From the NCBI GenBank assembly GCA_907165135.1, contig OU015566.1, positions 14,322,001 to 14,386,000 of the forward strand: a stretch of DNA of 64,000 nucleotides, in the 5' to 3' direction. Position numbers and translations under genes: made by a program. The notes beneath the pieces are model-generated. The model did no database searches and was not told the origin of the DNA. It saw nothing but the letters and a program-made list of their open reading frames with translations. This document shows positions 25,312 through 39,221 of this stretch, one piece after another. Positions within the stretch are counted from its first letter, which is position 1; each line of letters begins with the position of its first letter. The DNA is from Oikopleura dioica (lineage: Eukaryota; Animalia; Chordata).

Positions 25312-26719
25312 ATGGCTGAGGCCAATGATGATGATGCTAGCAACTCATGGTTAAATGATCTTCTTCAGACTTTGAACAAAGGTAGGAAAAACGTACTCTT
25401 CCTTGATTTCAAACCGCGAAATTTCAAATTTCAGTTGACAATGCATATCTTATTTTATTGGTGGGACTGGTGCTGGTCATCATGCTTGTCGTCGTGGTGG
25501 CGATTTGCATTAAAATCTTTTGCTGCGCTTCGACGAGAAAATTTCCCTCGACTTCCGGGACCAAATGTGTTCGGCATCAGCAGTCAATGACGTCGCCGCT
25601 GGACTCGCCAATCAGGGGCATCATGACGCAGCCCGCGCCCGAAGCAACGATGTTGTCGACTCAGGTGGCGCAGCAGAGCGAAGTCCCCGCCTACGCTTCT
25701 CCTCTTCCACTCACCAATCAGATTTCCTCTTCTTCCAACGCACAGCAGAATCCCACCGTGAACACCTTCGATACTCAAAATGAACAAATTACGTCCACTA
25801 ACAGGCGCCAGAGGGCACCAAGTCTACAGAGTCTACCAGACGCTCAATATTCTTATCGTGAATATCAACCTTGGTAAGTCAATCTATCATCGACAAGGAA
25901 CAATTTTACCCTTGATTCAACGATGTTCTATTCCGAACCAAATGCTTTAATAAATCTTTAGCGAGCGATTGCTAAAACGTCAAGCACAGACGTTGCCTAC
26001 TCCAACGAACCGGCGAAGTTCGCGGCCGGGCACAGGCGGCAATCTGGCCGGCGACTGTCCGACCGTGGGCGGATCCAACTCGCGAGCCGGCTCACGTGAT
26101 CACATCGTTGGGCGTCTGTCGGAGTGCCCGGACTCGATACCGCTGCTTGTAAAGTCGCGTGCGCTGGTGCATCACCCGGCGGACGAAAATATTGACGGGA
26201 TCGATCCGGCCAGAAGTGGTGTGCCCAACGGCACAGGGGCGCCCCAAGGGACCACCAGCAAGAAAACCGTCCCGCCACTACCGCTCCCTGCCACTAGTAC
26301 GACCAATGCGAACAAGAATCTGACCCCGGATGACCTCAAGCCGGAAGTTGCCTTCAACAGGTATAAGGAAAAGGGTTGAGAAACTCTCTGTTTTTTTTTC
26401 ACGATGTGGCACGAAATTCATAATTGCGGAGGCACTTTCTCTCTTCCTTGATTTCAAAAAGAAATTCTCAACCCGATCTCGAGCTACTCCAATGCACCAA
26501 GTTATGACTGTACCTGCCAAACATCAAAACTTTTAAATAAATCAAAAAATTGAAAATTAAAAATTGAACCGTCGTTTTCAGCCCCACAGCTCCGATTCTC
26601 ACAGCAGCAATTCCACCGACCCGGCGAGAAGCAACAATTTCCAAAGCGGAAATGCCATGCAAAGCAGGAGCAGGCAGTGCAAGTCGACAGCAAAATCAGT
26701 GGTGGTTCGTTTCGCTTGA
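25312..26719 (+). CDS. Single-pass membrane protein without signal peptide, with a long disordered cytoplasmic tail
   Basis: ATG 25312; GT-AG intron 25382-25434; TM AYLILLVGLVLVIMLVVVVAICIKIFCC followed by basic residues; further exons ~25974-26361 and ~26583-26719. The middle junction (~26362-26580) is unresolved. Confidence 0.75.
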
Positions 26720-26964
26720 TCATGTCACTCCATCCCCACTCAATCATGATAATTAGATTTTATTTCTTCCTTCACCTTTTTTGCATATCTCGTTTCAGTA
26801 ATAAAATTCATACTCAGTTGTCAATAATCATATAAAAACTTGAAAGAAGTGTATTCCAATGATTCACAAATAAAGGAAGCAAAAACAAGAAAAGAAAAAA
26901 AAATGTGAGCCTGTTGATATACTGTCGTTTTCTGAGTTTCAAATTTCGGCATTCTCACAATAAA

Positions 26965-27090
26965 TCAGTCACATTCAACGCTTGGAATGTATGGCGGCAT
27001 AAGTGTCACTGTTGTTGTCGTTGTCTCGGTCGTTGTTGTGCACTTCGGAAAAGCCTTTGCAGCCTTTGGGTCGTTAACACATGTAGCCAT
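26965..27090 (-). CDS. Probable last exon of an unidentified gene (Thr-rich)
   Basis: TTTCAG acceptor then MATCVNDPKAAKAFPKCTTTTETTTTTVTLMPPYIPSVECD*. Upstream exons not resolved. Confidence 0.35.
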   Translation of the reverse strand: MATCVNDPKAAKAFPKCTTTTETTTTTVTLMPPYIPSVECD

Positions 27091-27749
27091 CTGAAATTTC
27101 AAGGTTAAAAATCGAAACATTGGCAGTAGTAGTATAGTTCCACTTATGCTAGTAATTCGCACTTCTTGACAGAAAGGATGGATTCAGGATTTCGTACATA
27201 TTGAGCCGCGTGTACATTAAATGATCAGTTTGATCGGTGTATCCAAGAGTACAAAGTGAATCTTCGCGGATCTAGAACGAAAAAGTTCTACGACCTAAGA
27301 GTGCACCGCCATTTTTTGCTCTAACACGCTCATTTTGAAATCAACGAAGACACATTCAATCTCGCCTTGAGAATCCGCGGCTTCTAGTTGACCCAAACAT
27401 CCAATTCATCTGCCCTACAGAAAAATATTGCAAAAACGGATGTCCTTGTCCATTATTGACAATCATTGATTGTGAGAAGACTGATAAGCCCAGGAAGTGG
27501 TTCCCGTCTTTGACTTGAAAAAGGGGATTATGCCCACAGAGGAAAACATCGGGATTTTTATTAAAAGACGCCGTCAAATTAATGTGATGTTTATTTTTTT
27601 TTTACTTCTTATTCATTTCCGTTAATATTATCATAACAGTTTTCAAAGGCGGTAATCTCCGTCGGACAAAGCGGCGGTGCCCGGGGGGTGCGCGTGCTGT
27701 TCCGCCGCGATGATTGGGCGCTTCCGCGATTGGCCGAGACAAGAAGTAG

Positions 27750-28085
27750 AATTGCACACTCCGACTGGAAAGACACAGTCGCGCCGCGCTTTCCAGAAGG
27801 CCTCCTTCAGAAAAAAAAACAAAACTAGAACTTTTTAAAACATATTTTTGGCGCGTTCCTTTGTTGCTCGAAAACTCGAGCACTAGAACACAAAAAGAGA
27901 GACAGAAAGAAATAGAAGAAAAACGATTGAAAGAGAGAGAAAAAATAGCTCTAGAACTCCGAAAAAAGAGAGCAAAAGACGGAGAGGAGGCTTTTTTGGC
28001 GGATTTTTCTAGAGATAGCAAAGAAGAAAGAAAAAGAAGGGAAGAAAATAGAGGCCAGAGAGATTTTTTAATAGAAGGAAATTGA
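27750..28085 (+). CDS. Open frame encoding a charged coiled-coil; no ATG seen
   Basis: About 111 stop-free codons ending ...KERQKEIEEKRLKEREKIALELRKKRAKDGEEAF...GN*. Confidence 0.4.
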   Translation, partial: NCTLRLERHSRAALSRRPPSEKKTKLELFKTYFWRVPLLLENSSTRTQKERQKEIEEKRLKEREKIALELRKKRAKDGEEAFLADFSRDSKEERKRREENRGQRDFLIEGN

Positions 28086-29050
28086 GACGGTATCTAAGGG
28101 TAACGGAACAGTTTTTTTTTTTTCATTGAGAGAACTTTTAAGTTTAAACTTTAGCCTCAATTCAAATTGAATTCTTGAAAAAATCACGAATTTCAAAATC
28201 AAATTTCAAGTCTGTGAAAAATCTACCTCCAAATTACTTTCTGCGTCCAAAATTTAGCCTAAAATCGCCATAGTTCTGCCCTAAAGCGAGTGAGAGACAA
28301 ATATTGTAGACTCAATTTTGGTTTCCTAAACTAATAGACCCTGTCATAATGCCAATCATTACGACCATCATCCACTTCTGAATCGTTTTTTCTCCTCAAA
28401 CATTCAATATTTCGAAGACTGTATTTTTTATTTCAAAATATGTGCTCTAGAATGTTGAAATTTGTTGGAATCGATAATCGCGCCGTGTGAAAAGTGAAAA
28501 AAGCAAAAAGCTGTTCACACTGAAAACTCACGAAAATGACACTTTTACAAGGAAGTTTCGAGTCCAGCTTCAACTCGACTTCCCAAGAAGACATCTCCTC
28601 CTTGGTCCTGTCTTTTGCCAATTCGACGACGCCAGGAACGGCTTTAATTATCCCACAACTAGGAGCTTAGAAAGAGATTTTTGATGTTTGCACTTCAGCT
28701 CTTTTGACGAGGATTTTTGTTGTCAACTAGCTGGGCGGCCATTGTTGCGCCCGTAGAATCTAATAACCAACTCAATACTGAGCTCTCTCTTTTTTTCAAG
28801 GGCGAGTAGACAGCAGCGGAAATAATTGCCAATCTAAGATTTCATCAAAAATTATCGGGAAAATCATGTTTTTTTTTGAACAATCTGATTGGCCAAAATT
28901 TGAAATTAACGAATCTTACTGGTTGTTATTTACATTCGAAAAATTTAATAAAGTACCTAACCCTAATTCATGACTTTCGTTTTCTGAGACCTTTTTTTGG
29001 CGAATAAATCATCAATTTTTCCAAAACAATTCTTGAAAAGAAATAATGAG

Positions 29051-32000
29051 CCGAGCTTAAAGGTGTCCAAAAAGAAGCGACAAGCGAGCTGTTCAATATC
29101 CTATTCAAGCTTCCGGAAGAGAAGCGCTCCAAAGGTCAGTTCACAATTATCCCCCGCTAATTTAAAATAAACTCGCCATTATTTCCAGTGTGGGATTCAA
29201 TCGCCAAACATGGAATTTTATCGACGCAGCGGGAGATCGCCACCACCGCGGCAATCCATCTTCCGACCTTGCTCTTGAAACATTTGAAGCCGACCAGACC
29301 AGATTTTGAATTTGTTATAAAGGATAGTTGTTCGCAAATTTGAAATTGTATTTTTGTAGGAAGAAAATAAACACACTTATCGCGCGAGGGAGCATTTGAC
29401 CAGAGAATTAGTGTCTAGGAATTCGTAGGTACTCTTCCTTGATTTCAAAAACGCAAATTATCGACCAAGACCATTATTTTGCCAACGCGCAGCAGAGGGT
29501 TAAAATCAGATTTCTTCCTTTTCCAACCCGTTTTTCGCTTTCTTCCTATGTATGGCAAAACTTTGGCTTTATGACTCGAGCAGGTTAAATAGAATTTCTA
29601 TTTTCAAAATCAATTCGCGAACAATTACCTGAGTGCATTTTGTCCAACTCTTCAACCTTAACCGAGCGCGTGGCGAACAAAACTCTTTCAGAAATCGAAA
29701 AATACATTGGTAAGCCTTGAAGAATCGTCTTTTTCTAGAGCTGATTGTGATGCGTTTTGGGACGGTGCTTTTTGGGGGTTTTAGTTCTCTCGAATTTTAA
29801 TTCTAGTGAAAGTGAGAAAGGCCGACAAGGGCTCTCTCTTTCTTCTTTGCTTTTGACAATCGGCGCACTTTCGACTATCAAAACTTGTTCTGGAAACGCT
29901 GCGTGCCCAAAAGAAGCCCAATTCAATTTCTCTCGTCTCCACCTTTGTTAAGTGTTGGACGAGGCATTAGATAGGCACACACAGTAAGAACAAGAAAGGC
30001 CAAAAACGTAGAGAGAGAGAGAATATCAAAATAGAAAGAATGGAAACCTTTTTGCACGTCAATGGTGAGATACATTTAGTTTAAAAATAATTGCCGCGGC
30101 TTTTTGAATGCGGAAATTTTGTCAGAAGATATGGAGAGGTTAATTTTTCTTTTTGGGCATTTTGAACTTGCCCTTGGGCGAGAGAGGTCAAAATCTAGGA
30201 GTTTTAGGAAAGTCAGAGATTTTTTGATGAAGAATTTTTTCAGGAAAATATTTTTGAAAGGTTAATAGTCTAAATTTATTTTCCGGGGCTGAAGCAACAT
30301 GCCCTCAGGGGAGTGCTTTCATAATAAAATGACTCACCCGTATTTTTTTAGGAAAAGGGGAATTCGACAGACAGCTTCGAAAAGCTGAAAGTGAACTTCG
30401 CCCGCCTCCTCCAAAATCGCCACCTTCGCATCGCCGTTCCGTCCAAAATACTCCACCTCCACCAAAAGAGCCTTCACGACAATCTTCCGCCACCAGCAGC
30501 CCAGAACCGTCACCATATGATCATTTATTCCAACAGTTACAAGGTACGATTCTAGCTTCTCAATTTCCATTTCGGTCATTGAGAAACTCGATCAATAATG
30601 ATTTAATAATGATTTCAATAATGATTGGTATTTCCGTTGTTCAACAAAAAATGAGCGATTTTTGTTCGTTGTAATAATAAGGTACGGTAGACGCTGAATT
30701 CTCGCTAAATATTGAAACAATTTTGGTGACTCAAACTCCGCTTTATCGGCTTTTGTAAATAACTTTGCTTCGCGGAATATTTAACCCACTAAAGGAAAGA
30801 AAAATTTAACCCATCAACGTACAAAGGCCCAAAATTTGCTCCCTCAAAAATTAACCAAAATCAAAAATGCCTGATATCAAGATTGGCCACAGTGCGCTAA
30901 TGGGTTAAATTTCGCTGAAATGCCACCTTTATTTTTAACCCATCAGGTGACCCTGGTCCTAAAACGCCTATTTCGTCAATTACATTTTTAACCTATTTTC
31001 TAGTGTTCGAACTAGGCGTGCACACAGAAATGAACCTTAAAGCGACGAAGCAAATCCTCAAACTCGCGCGAAATCGCGAAATTCCGCCAAAACTCATCCT
31101 GAAATTCGCGAAAGTGCTCTGCTCTCATGTCCACTACGAATGCAAACGCTCTGGCGGCGAGCTACTGTTTTTACTCGCGGAGAACATTGGCGAACTGATT
31201 CCAGATTTTGTCGATGTTGTTGTCGGAGTTTTGGAGGAGAAAAATCGAGAGTTGAAGATACTTCATTATACAGCGCTTACAGGAGGGGGTTAAATAAAGA
31301 TCTTTAAATTTCATTGCCTTAGGGCGTGTTTGAACTGGCCTTGAGGGCGTGATCTGAAATTTTATTGCTTTGGTCGGAGTTTAATGTATTTTTAAAGCGA
31401 CCACTGCCCCCGGGGCATGTCAGAATCGCCCTTGAGCGCTTTAGTTCTAAGAATCTGAATCTAACTGTATGTTATCCCTGACATGAGCCGCTTCCCGCTC
31501 AGCTGGGACGACGGATCTGGTCGATATTCTGATACGCAAGATGAAAGTACCCGGCACGACGTCCAAACAAAAAGCAGAAGTTGGAAACGCGCTGACCATG
31601 CTTCTCCTGACTTATCCACTCGATAGTATCGCCGTTCAAGTCTGCCAGGGAATCATGCCGCTTTTGCTGAGCAACAGTCCCAAGGTCCGACATGCGGGGG
31701 TAGAGTTGTGTGCTGCTATTGCTTCAGGAAAGAGTTTTGAAGTTTACCTTGGCCCGAGGGGAAGCCTAAAGGGCCTAAGGGTGAGAGAATCTTGATTTTC
31801 TTATTGGGCAATGTTTGATTTGACCCCAGGCGAGTAGCAAAGATTGAAGGGTCCTTCCGGTATGAAAATGTAAAATCTAGATGACTTGATGACTGCGTGA
31901 CACGATAGAACGTCTGAATCTACGTCAAACTTGCAACACAACTTGTCAAGCAAATCTAAAACCAACATTGCTTTATTTACAAATTCCTCAATACAAAAAC

Positions 32001-35000
32001 TCTTCCAAGTCCTCCATGAATCGGAGCTGGAACCGCTGCGGAAGGTCCTCACTTCTTATGATATAAGAAACCACGGGCAGAGCATTTCCGGCGAGATTTA
32101 TGCAAGAATAGCGAGGAAAAACCCGCCAGAAGTCGACTCTTTCGGGCTGTTAGTTTATGGAGAGAGGCCGAGAAACGTGCGGGAATCGACAGATCTGAAC
32201 CTAACTGGGCCGAGAAAAGGATCTGCTGGGCGAGCCAGGTCGCATTTTCCACAAGATTTTTACCAGGTCGGGCTCGAGAAAAAATCAAGGAAGAGAATCT
32301 TGAGTGTCAAAATGCAGAAAATTTTGCAGCAGGGAGGTAAATAGTTGCCGTTCACACAAACTATTTCCCTCTCCGCCGGTCAAATACACTCGAGCCCGTT
32401 TCTCAGGATCCAAACACTCGGCCGAAAAATGGCTGGATGACGAGCGAAGAAGAACGAAAAGAAAAAGAGAATAATAATTATCAAAAATTTCAAGGTAAAA
32501 ATTGACATCACGAAATCGAGAAAAATCTCAATCAGGGGCACGCACTACTATCAAAATTGGCGCAATTCGGAATTGTCAATATTGAATATTGAAAGAAGCG
32601 TTAAAAAGTTTGCGATTTGTTTTTGCCACGGTCAACATTCAGTAGCGCAGAGTTCCAGCCACCACTGACAGAAAGAGACAAATCGTATTCACCAAATAAA
32701 ATTGGGAGTCAAATAAAAAATGCTTCTTTGTTGGAAAGAAAATCCGCAAAAACACATCCTCGGTAAAAATAAAATTTTCTCGCACCCAACAATTGACATT
32801 TTTGCATGTGTGCATATTTTTATTTGCCCCAGGCGTGTGCCCCTTGTCACAAATAATCAAGAACTCACCTGGAAATTCAGCACTCTCGGCGGCGAGTAGT
32901 TCTAGCTCCATGCAAAATGATAGCTCACTTTCTTCCTCTATGCCGGCGTCGTTCTTCAAGAATAATCTACCGCACAAACGTATGTAACCTTCCGTCAATT
33001 TACAACCACAGTAATTATTTGCTCATTAGTTTTAAACAGCGAACAAACAAGAAAACCCGTAGCTTTTTGTAGCCAAACTGTTGGGCAAACTAATCACTGA
33101 ATTCTTCTTTCCGCAGGGCCATCTTCAAACGAGGTCGATTCAAACACGCTAAAACCCACGAGGAAACCCTCCATGCCCAGAAGCGCCAAGCCTTCGCGAA
33201 GCAACGAGCAATACAGAGAATACAACTCAAACACCATTAATTTATCTTCATCTTATGCTGCCAAGGTAAAGACATCAACCACAACTCCTCCAAACAATTT
33301 TCTAGCCAACAATGCTAGATCCTAGAGAGAGCGAAAACTCTCCACGAAAATTGACTCCTTTGTCGCAAAAGGGAGTAAATGTCGTTACGAAAAATTCGAT
33401 GTTGTCGCCGGAAATAGAAGCCCAGCTCGGCCCGATGGCGGATCCGAACAATTTCTCTGCGCATGATCTTTTCAGCTCGTTAACTTATGATGGGAACAGT
33501 CCTGGTTCAGGTATCCCCGAACCCCATAAGCCCCCCCTAACCCCTCTTCAGTGAGCCCAGAGCGTCCATTCTCTCGTCCGAAGCCGTCCTCCGTCCCGCC
33601 AACGCACACAAAATCGGACTACAGCGGGGGCGACTCCTCCCCCGATTACACCAGCCGTGGGAAAGAAAACACGAACTCGCACCATTCTCGCTCCCCAATG
33701 TCTCCCTCAACTCAAAGCAGTTCGCTGCCGAGAACTCCAGAAAATCAGGAAAATGGCGCTGCATTTATGGATGCGCGGTAAAGCTACTAAATTCCATGTC
33801 AAACAGAAAAAACGCGCACTAGAAATTTTAATCTCTCACAATTCACAAGTTCATAATTCGACTTCCGAATTATGTTCTGTCCCGCTTTTCCACGAGCTTT
33901 TCAACTCATCTTTTTTTAATCCAAAAAGCCGCACAGCAAATTCAAAATTTTGCTCATCCGTTTTTAATCTCGTCCTGCTCACCATTCGCTCAGCTTGATT
34001 CAGGCACAGACAATGATTTGGCCCGTAGAGAAAGGTTAGCACTTTTTCTGCTTTCTATGTCGCCGCAATTCACTCACTTATCAATTATCCTCGGCCTTTG
34101 TTAATTAACTACTTTCTTTTATTTTAACTTATGCTTTTCTGTAGCATTTCTCACATCCGCCGCTCAGCCAGGGACAGAAGAAAGAGAAACAGGATAGAAG
34201 AGCAAGAAAAACTGTCCAGAACCAACACCCAAGAGGTAAATTTCCAACCCCCTTCCCCCCAAAACCCTCTTTCTAGAGCTCTTTGGCCGGCTTCGCCCCG
34301 TCGAATAATCTTCCAAGAACGCCACCAAGCGGTGCTCAGCGCTCCCCAATCCCCAACGGCGATTCTAGCCCGCTGGAAGCTGTTGGTAGAGCCCTCTCAA
34401 ATACCTCTCTGGACAACTCTTCCGTCACAAGATCACTTTTTTCGGAAAACAAAGATCCGGGCAGCAATAGATACAAACCCGCCAAGAAAACATCGAAGGC
34501 GAAATTGAACTCTTCCTTTGGCGGTTCTATAGCGGGAGTTGGCTATGCAGACAAATTCCAAAAAGAGCTGGTAAGGATATCTTTACCATCTCGATTCTTA
34601 TTATTCAGGACAACCGGCCGATAAAGCCAGGAGAAACAGTTTCCGAATCTTCCTTGCACCAACGCCCTTACGGATTGCCGATGCCGTATTCAGACGAAAA
34701 TCCGTCAGATCTCTCCCTCGATTCTCGCAACACTCTTCCTCGGCCACCAAGAATCACTGGCAAGAAATCTGAACCAGTTCTTCAGCATCGGAATGCCATC
34801 CCTCATCATCGACCTGATTTTAACAGCTCAACCGACTTCAACGGTTCCGGTTCTTTCGGAAAATCTCCAAGGATTAACTCTTCTGGCTCTGGAACCGGCT
34901 CCACCGGTGGCGAAGTGACCCCCTTGAGCAGGCCCGGCAAAGAATTCGACAAGGCCCTGGCCTACATGAGCGACCCGGGAATCGAGTGGAACAAGCACGT

Positions 35001-36743
35001 CGAAGCTCTGTCCATCATCAGATCTCTCGTCCATTTCAACCAAGAAATTCTCCTTCCGAAAGTCTCCGAGACGACTCAACTCGTCATCAAAAATGTCGGT
35101 AATTTACGGTCAAAAGTGTCCGGCTTGGCGACTGAAACGATGCGAGATCTTTTCCGAGTTTTGAAAAAAGCAGTGGCGCCGCAACTCGAATCAGCAATGA
35201 AAACGCTGTTGACGGAGGCAGGCAAGGAGAATGCTTTTTTGAGGGAAAAGGTGAGTGACTGTTTGTTGACTTCAAAAATAATATTTGTTTCTTAGATCGA
35301 AAGGTGTCTCGAGGAAGGAGTTCAAGCGATGGTTGTTGATGGTCTTGGTGGAAAAATGCTCGCTGCACTTGCTCAACATCAAAAATCGAAAAATACAGCA
35401 GGTAGAAAATGGCTTTTTTCATCTAAAAATGAGTAATAATTTTCTTTCCAGTGCGAACACTGGTGGCAAGATACACTTACGAAACCATCCAAAAAATGAG
35501 CCCGGGTCGAGCCTTATCAGAGACACGTGACACGACGGAACGAGTCTATCCGATGATGATGTCGGCAGTGATCGATCAATCCGACCAAGTGCGCTACTGG
35601 GGAAAGAGGATGGTAGCGCTCTTGCAAGTTCATGAAGATTTTGAGCGACTTGCTGGCAAATATTTGAATAATAATAATACTGCAAAATTACTAGAAGGTA
35701 AACATCAGCCCTTGACAGTCATTTCAACCCTTTTCAGAATCTCACAAAGTACGAACAAAAGGAATAGGCGAAAAGCCTCAATCAGCTCGGAGAACACTCT
35801 CCGGCCGGTCGAACACTCGTTTGCCCCCTGATCGTCAGAATAGCAGTCCTCTTCGAATTACGAGTAGATCTGGACCAGCAAGAGTCGATGATACGCTCAA
35901 GGACGATCTGAAGGCGGCAATCAGTGGGACAACGCACGAGACGAAAGTTCGAGCGCTCAATACTGTCAGGGTTAGTTTACCATGTTAAATTAGGCAGCTA
36001 AAATAACTTTTTTCAGAATATAATTCGCGCTGGTGGAAGCTTAGGAAATGAGCTGAAGCACGTGACCGACTTAGTTTGCAAAATGCTCAAATCTGCCGCT
36101 CCAAATAGCTATCAGGTACTTTTCCCTTGATTTCACTAGAATTTATCAAACGCTTCAGGAAGCGCTGAACATAGCACCAGATCTAATCCACTACGTCAGC
36201 GAAGATCACGTGTCCTATCGAAACCTTTTCCTCGCAGTCGCGGAGCGAGTCACTGCTGGAGCTGGCGGTCATAACAAAGCTGCGTCGAAGCTGTTAGATG
36301 ACAGTAAGCTACAGGCTTCGTTCCTCTTCTGAAACGAGTTTTAGTGTGCAACAATGCAGATCCAGCTGCTTTAGTGCAGCCTCTTGCCCAGCGAATCAAA
36401 AACGCAGCCACAGGAAGACCAAAACTAACGTCAAAGTTCACCGAAATATTGGAAAAACTCGGATCTAGTAAAATGAGTACTGTACAAAAGTAAGTCCTTT
36501 TCGTCGATTCTAGAGCTGATGAATAATTGTAGATGGGGTCCATTTGCGCTGTGGGAAGTAATCCGAGATCATCGCTGTCGACAACAAGCAAAATTACTAG
36601 CAGAAGGTAACGAGTTAGAGTCATTTTGAAAGCTGGCATTTGATTATTCAGTTCTGTACGATGCAATAGGCGATCCTCTATTCGACCTAGCGAGAAAAGA
36701 AAAACTAGAATCGGATCTGCGCGGAATGCTCGACTACCGCTGA
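29051..36743 (+). CDS. TOGARAM1: TOG array regulator of axonemal microtubules (crescerin/CHE-12/FAM179B family); start approximate
   Basis: TOG2-like: LTMLLLTYPLD..IMPLLLSNSPKVRHAGVELCAAIAS and YARIARKNPPEVDSFGLLVYG. Long Ser/Pro linker. TOG3-like: EWNKHVEALSIIRSLVHFNQEIL..VGNLRSKVS..TLLTEAGKENAFLREK. C-terminal exons end LYDAIGDPLFDLA...DYR* at 36743. Confidence 0.88.
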
Positions 36744-37093
36744 CTTCAACCCTTTTTCTCTTCTTTTTCATCCCTTTTTCTCGTTTCGGCCGATTCCTAC
36801 GGTTCAACTGGTGCTTTCTACCGGACTTTTTGTTGATATTGTTTTTAATTGTAGATACGAAAATTTGTAAAAATAATTATTAAATTATATTTTTCTCCCT
36901 CCTTTTTTCTACAAATTCCAGAGTCAGCGAAGTTTATTTTTATAGTTCTACCTAATTTTTTTTTTGCTTTTTTATAAATATTTATACAAACAGTCTGCTC
37001 ACGAGTATTTTTGTAAAATTCACATTTTCATTTTTATGCAGTTCAAAATTTAATAAACGATATATATTTTTCCAAAGCGCGTTTTTTTTTCTT

Positions 37094-38695
37094 TTATTCG
37101 AGCTTTTTCTTGAACTCTGGACCAGGGCAAAGAACACAGTACAAAGTCAGAAGAAAGCAAGAAACCAGGTTCCATCGAAACATGGCTGCGAAAAGTGTTT
37201 CGTTGATTCTAGTGCTGAAGTAGACCAGCCCAAGCACGAGGCGGCAAAATTCAAAGAAAATGTGACTCATTCTGTCTTCTTTGGGATTCATGAGGTTTCC
37301 GTAGATCCAGAAGGAGAGAGTAATGTAAGCGGCGTTGCAGTAGCTGACGTATTCTAGCGCCGTGACGAAGAGGATGTTGGTGATACTGTATTGAGCGATG
37401 ACATACAGGAGCATCGGCGTGTCGATTTGACTGTTCCATGGCTAGAAAAACGGTTTAAAACGAAGCGCCAATCAAAGACGAGTATTGCTTTGTTGAGCCA
37501 ATCAGAAAGCTTATTTTTCCCCAACCTTTGAGTCTTTAGCCACCTCCGGGATCGGATAATACTTCTGTTCTTCAATATTCCATCCAGGCCCGTACCAAAG
37601 TTTCTGCATCTTCTGACTGAACGAATTCTTCCCCGACAGACAGTACCAAAACAGCTCGTTGTAGTATTTGCACTGAATCTTTATCGGATCATACGTTTCA
37701 ATCGGCGAGACGAGTCCATAAACAACCGGTTCTTCTTCCCGCTCGGCCGCGAATGTTCCGAGCATTCGATCCCAAATAATCAGAACTGCGGCGTAGTTTT
37801 TATCGATGCAGTACGGGTTGCGGCCGTGATGGACTCGGTGATGGCTTGGTGTGTTGAAAATAATCTCAATGATCCAGGGAAAGTGTTTGATTTGCTCAGT
37901 GTGGATCCAGAATTGATAAAGAAGGTTGCACCCTCGATGGGCTAGAAAAACTGGTGGAGGGAGTCCAATTGTTGCTTTCTCCGGTTTTTCAAGGATTTTC
38001 TAAGTGATTATTGATTCAAGGAAAAAACAGGTCTAAAGGAAGGTAGACGATAAAGGAAGTATACTTGTGCAGCGCACTTTGTCTTAGCGCCGTGGCCATG
38101 TTGTAGTACTCCGAGGAATGGTGGACTTGGTGCGCTGCCCAAAGAAAGTTGATCTCGTGACCTGAAGAATTCAAATGATGAAAAGAAAAACGATGAATAT
38201 TTTACCGAATCGATGGGTGAGATAGTATCCAAAATCGTAGCCAAAGAAGCCGATCAACCAAAATGTCCAGGAGCGATTTTCCAAGTCCAGAAAATGTCCA
38301 TAGTTGTAGAGCGCTGTATAAATCGCCATTTCAAGTCCTCCTTCGCCAAGTAATTTGGTCATTTGAGACATGGATCCTGCTGTCAACGACCCGATCGCAT
38401 CTCGAGACTAGAAATTTATACAAATGTAACTAAATAATCGTCTCTTTTCTGACCTCAAAACTAAGCTTATTTCTCCACCAGCCCACAACCCAATCGAGCA
38501 AAATCATCGCATAAAACCAGGGTATTGCTTTGCCAATATAATCAGGGACTTTTTCGACATCATCCTCTTTAAATTCTCATCAACAAAACTCGTCTTAGGA
38601 TCCTAACCATGTTCTGACGGCGGTAAAAGATAGAAAATCGCTCGTAAACCGACTGCTTGGTCCCAGAGACTGTTCTCTAGCGTCGAATTCGCCAT
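37094..38695 (-). CDS. AGMO: Alkylglycerol monooxygenase (fatty acid hydroxylase family)
   Basis: ATG 38695 (MANSTLENSLWDQAVGLRAIFYLLPPSE); VPDYIGKAIPWF; GYDFGYYLTHR; NLLYQFWIHTE; NTPSHHRVHHGRNPYCIDKNYAAVLIIWDRMLGTF; GPGW; stop 37094. Confidence 0.95.
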
Positions 38696-39221
38696 TGAAA
38701 AAATAATTAAAACGGTGAAAATTCAAGAACGAGACGAGAGTTCATAATAACGCTTGTAAACTTTGTCAATGTTTGCAAAGGATCTTGCGAATTCGGTCAA
38801 CATGCAATCTTTTTTCTGACTCAGACTCCCCTTATATGTATTTTTACCTTCATTTTCAATTATTTATTTTTCATGAAAAACAGTGATAAAGCCGAAGCAA
38901 CGCGGTTTATTAGGAAATTCCGTCGCTTCCTGGTTATCCATCGCCGTAATCTAATCAAAAATTATTCCAAACAACGAATTTTCGTCGAATTTCCTCTCGC
39001 GCCGAGAATGTCACGGGAGGAATACGGAGATAAGGCCGGCTTTATAAAAACGACGTTTTTTGGCTAGCCAGCTTCATAAGATATTTTTGTTCTGTTCTGA
39101 TAGAGCGGCGCGCTAGGTGCCGACTTTTCAGCGGGACCCAGCGTGTTGTTTTTTATTTTTTATAATTTTTTCACAAGCGTGAATTCAAATAGAGCCAATT
39201 ATGGATCGTAACACCTTTCAG

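Noticed and set aside
29584-29607. GT-AA non-canonical intron in TOGARAM1
   Set aside because: The implied intron would be only 24 nt; my parse of this region is not reliable.
32267-32317. Definite intron carrying the antisense 16-mer variant
   Set aside because: The 51-nt segment is in frame and stop-free, so it could equally be coding; counted only as a near match.
25396-36135. Reading the TTCCTTGAT motif as proof of U12-type (minor spliceosome) introns
   Set aside because: The host introns lack the RTATCCTTT 5' site, the motif also occurs antisense in a well-supported intron (45720-45765), and the minor spliceosome is reported lost in O. dioica.
36250-36807. 185-aa minus-strand ORF, and similar long antisense ORFs at 39218-39832, 43332-43778 and 45161-45742
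   Set aside because: They are antisense shadows of real plus-strand exons (TOGARAM1, oikosin-like, collagen).
38560-38600. Apparent 17-nt frameshifting insertion near the AGMO N-terminus
   Set aside because: Explained by an ordinary ~32-41 nt GT-AG intron after PPSEH; the DPKTSF-like reading lies inside the intron.
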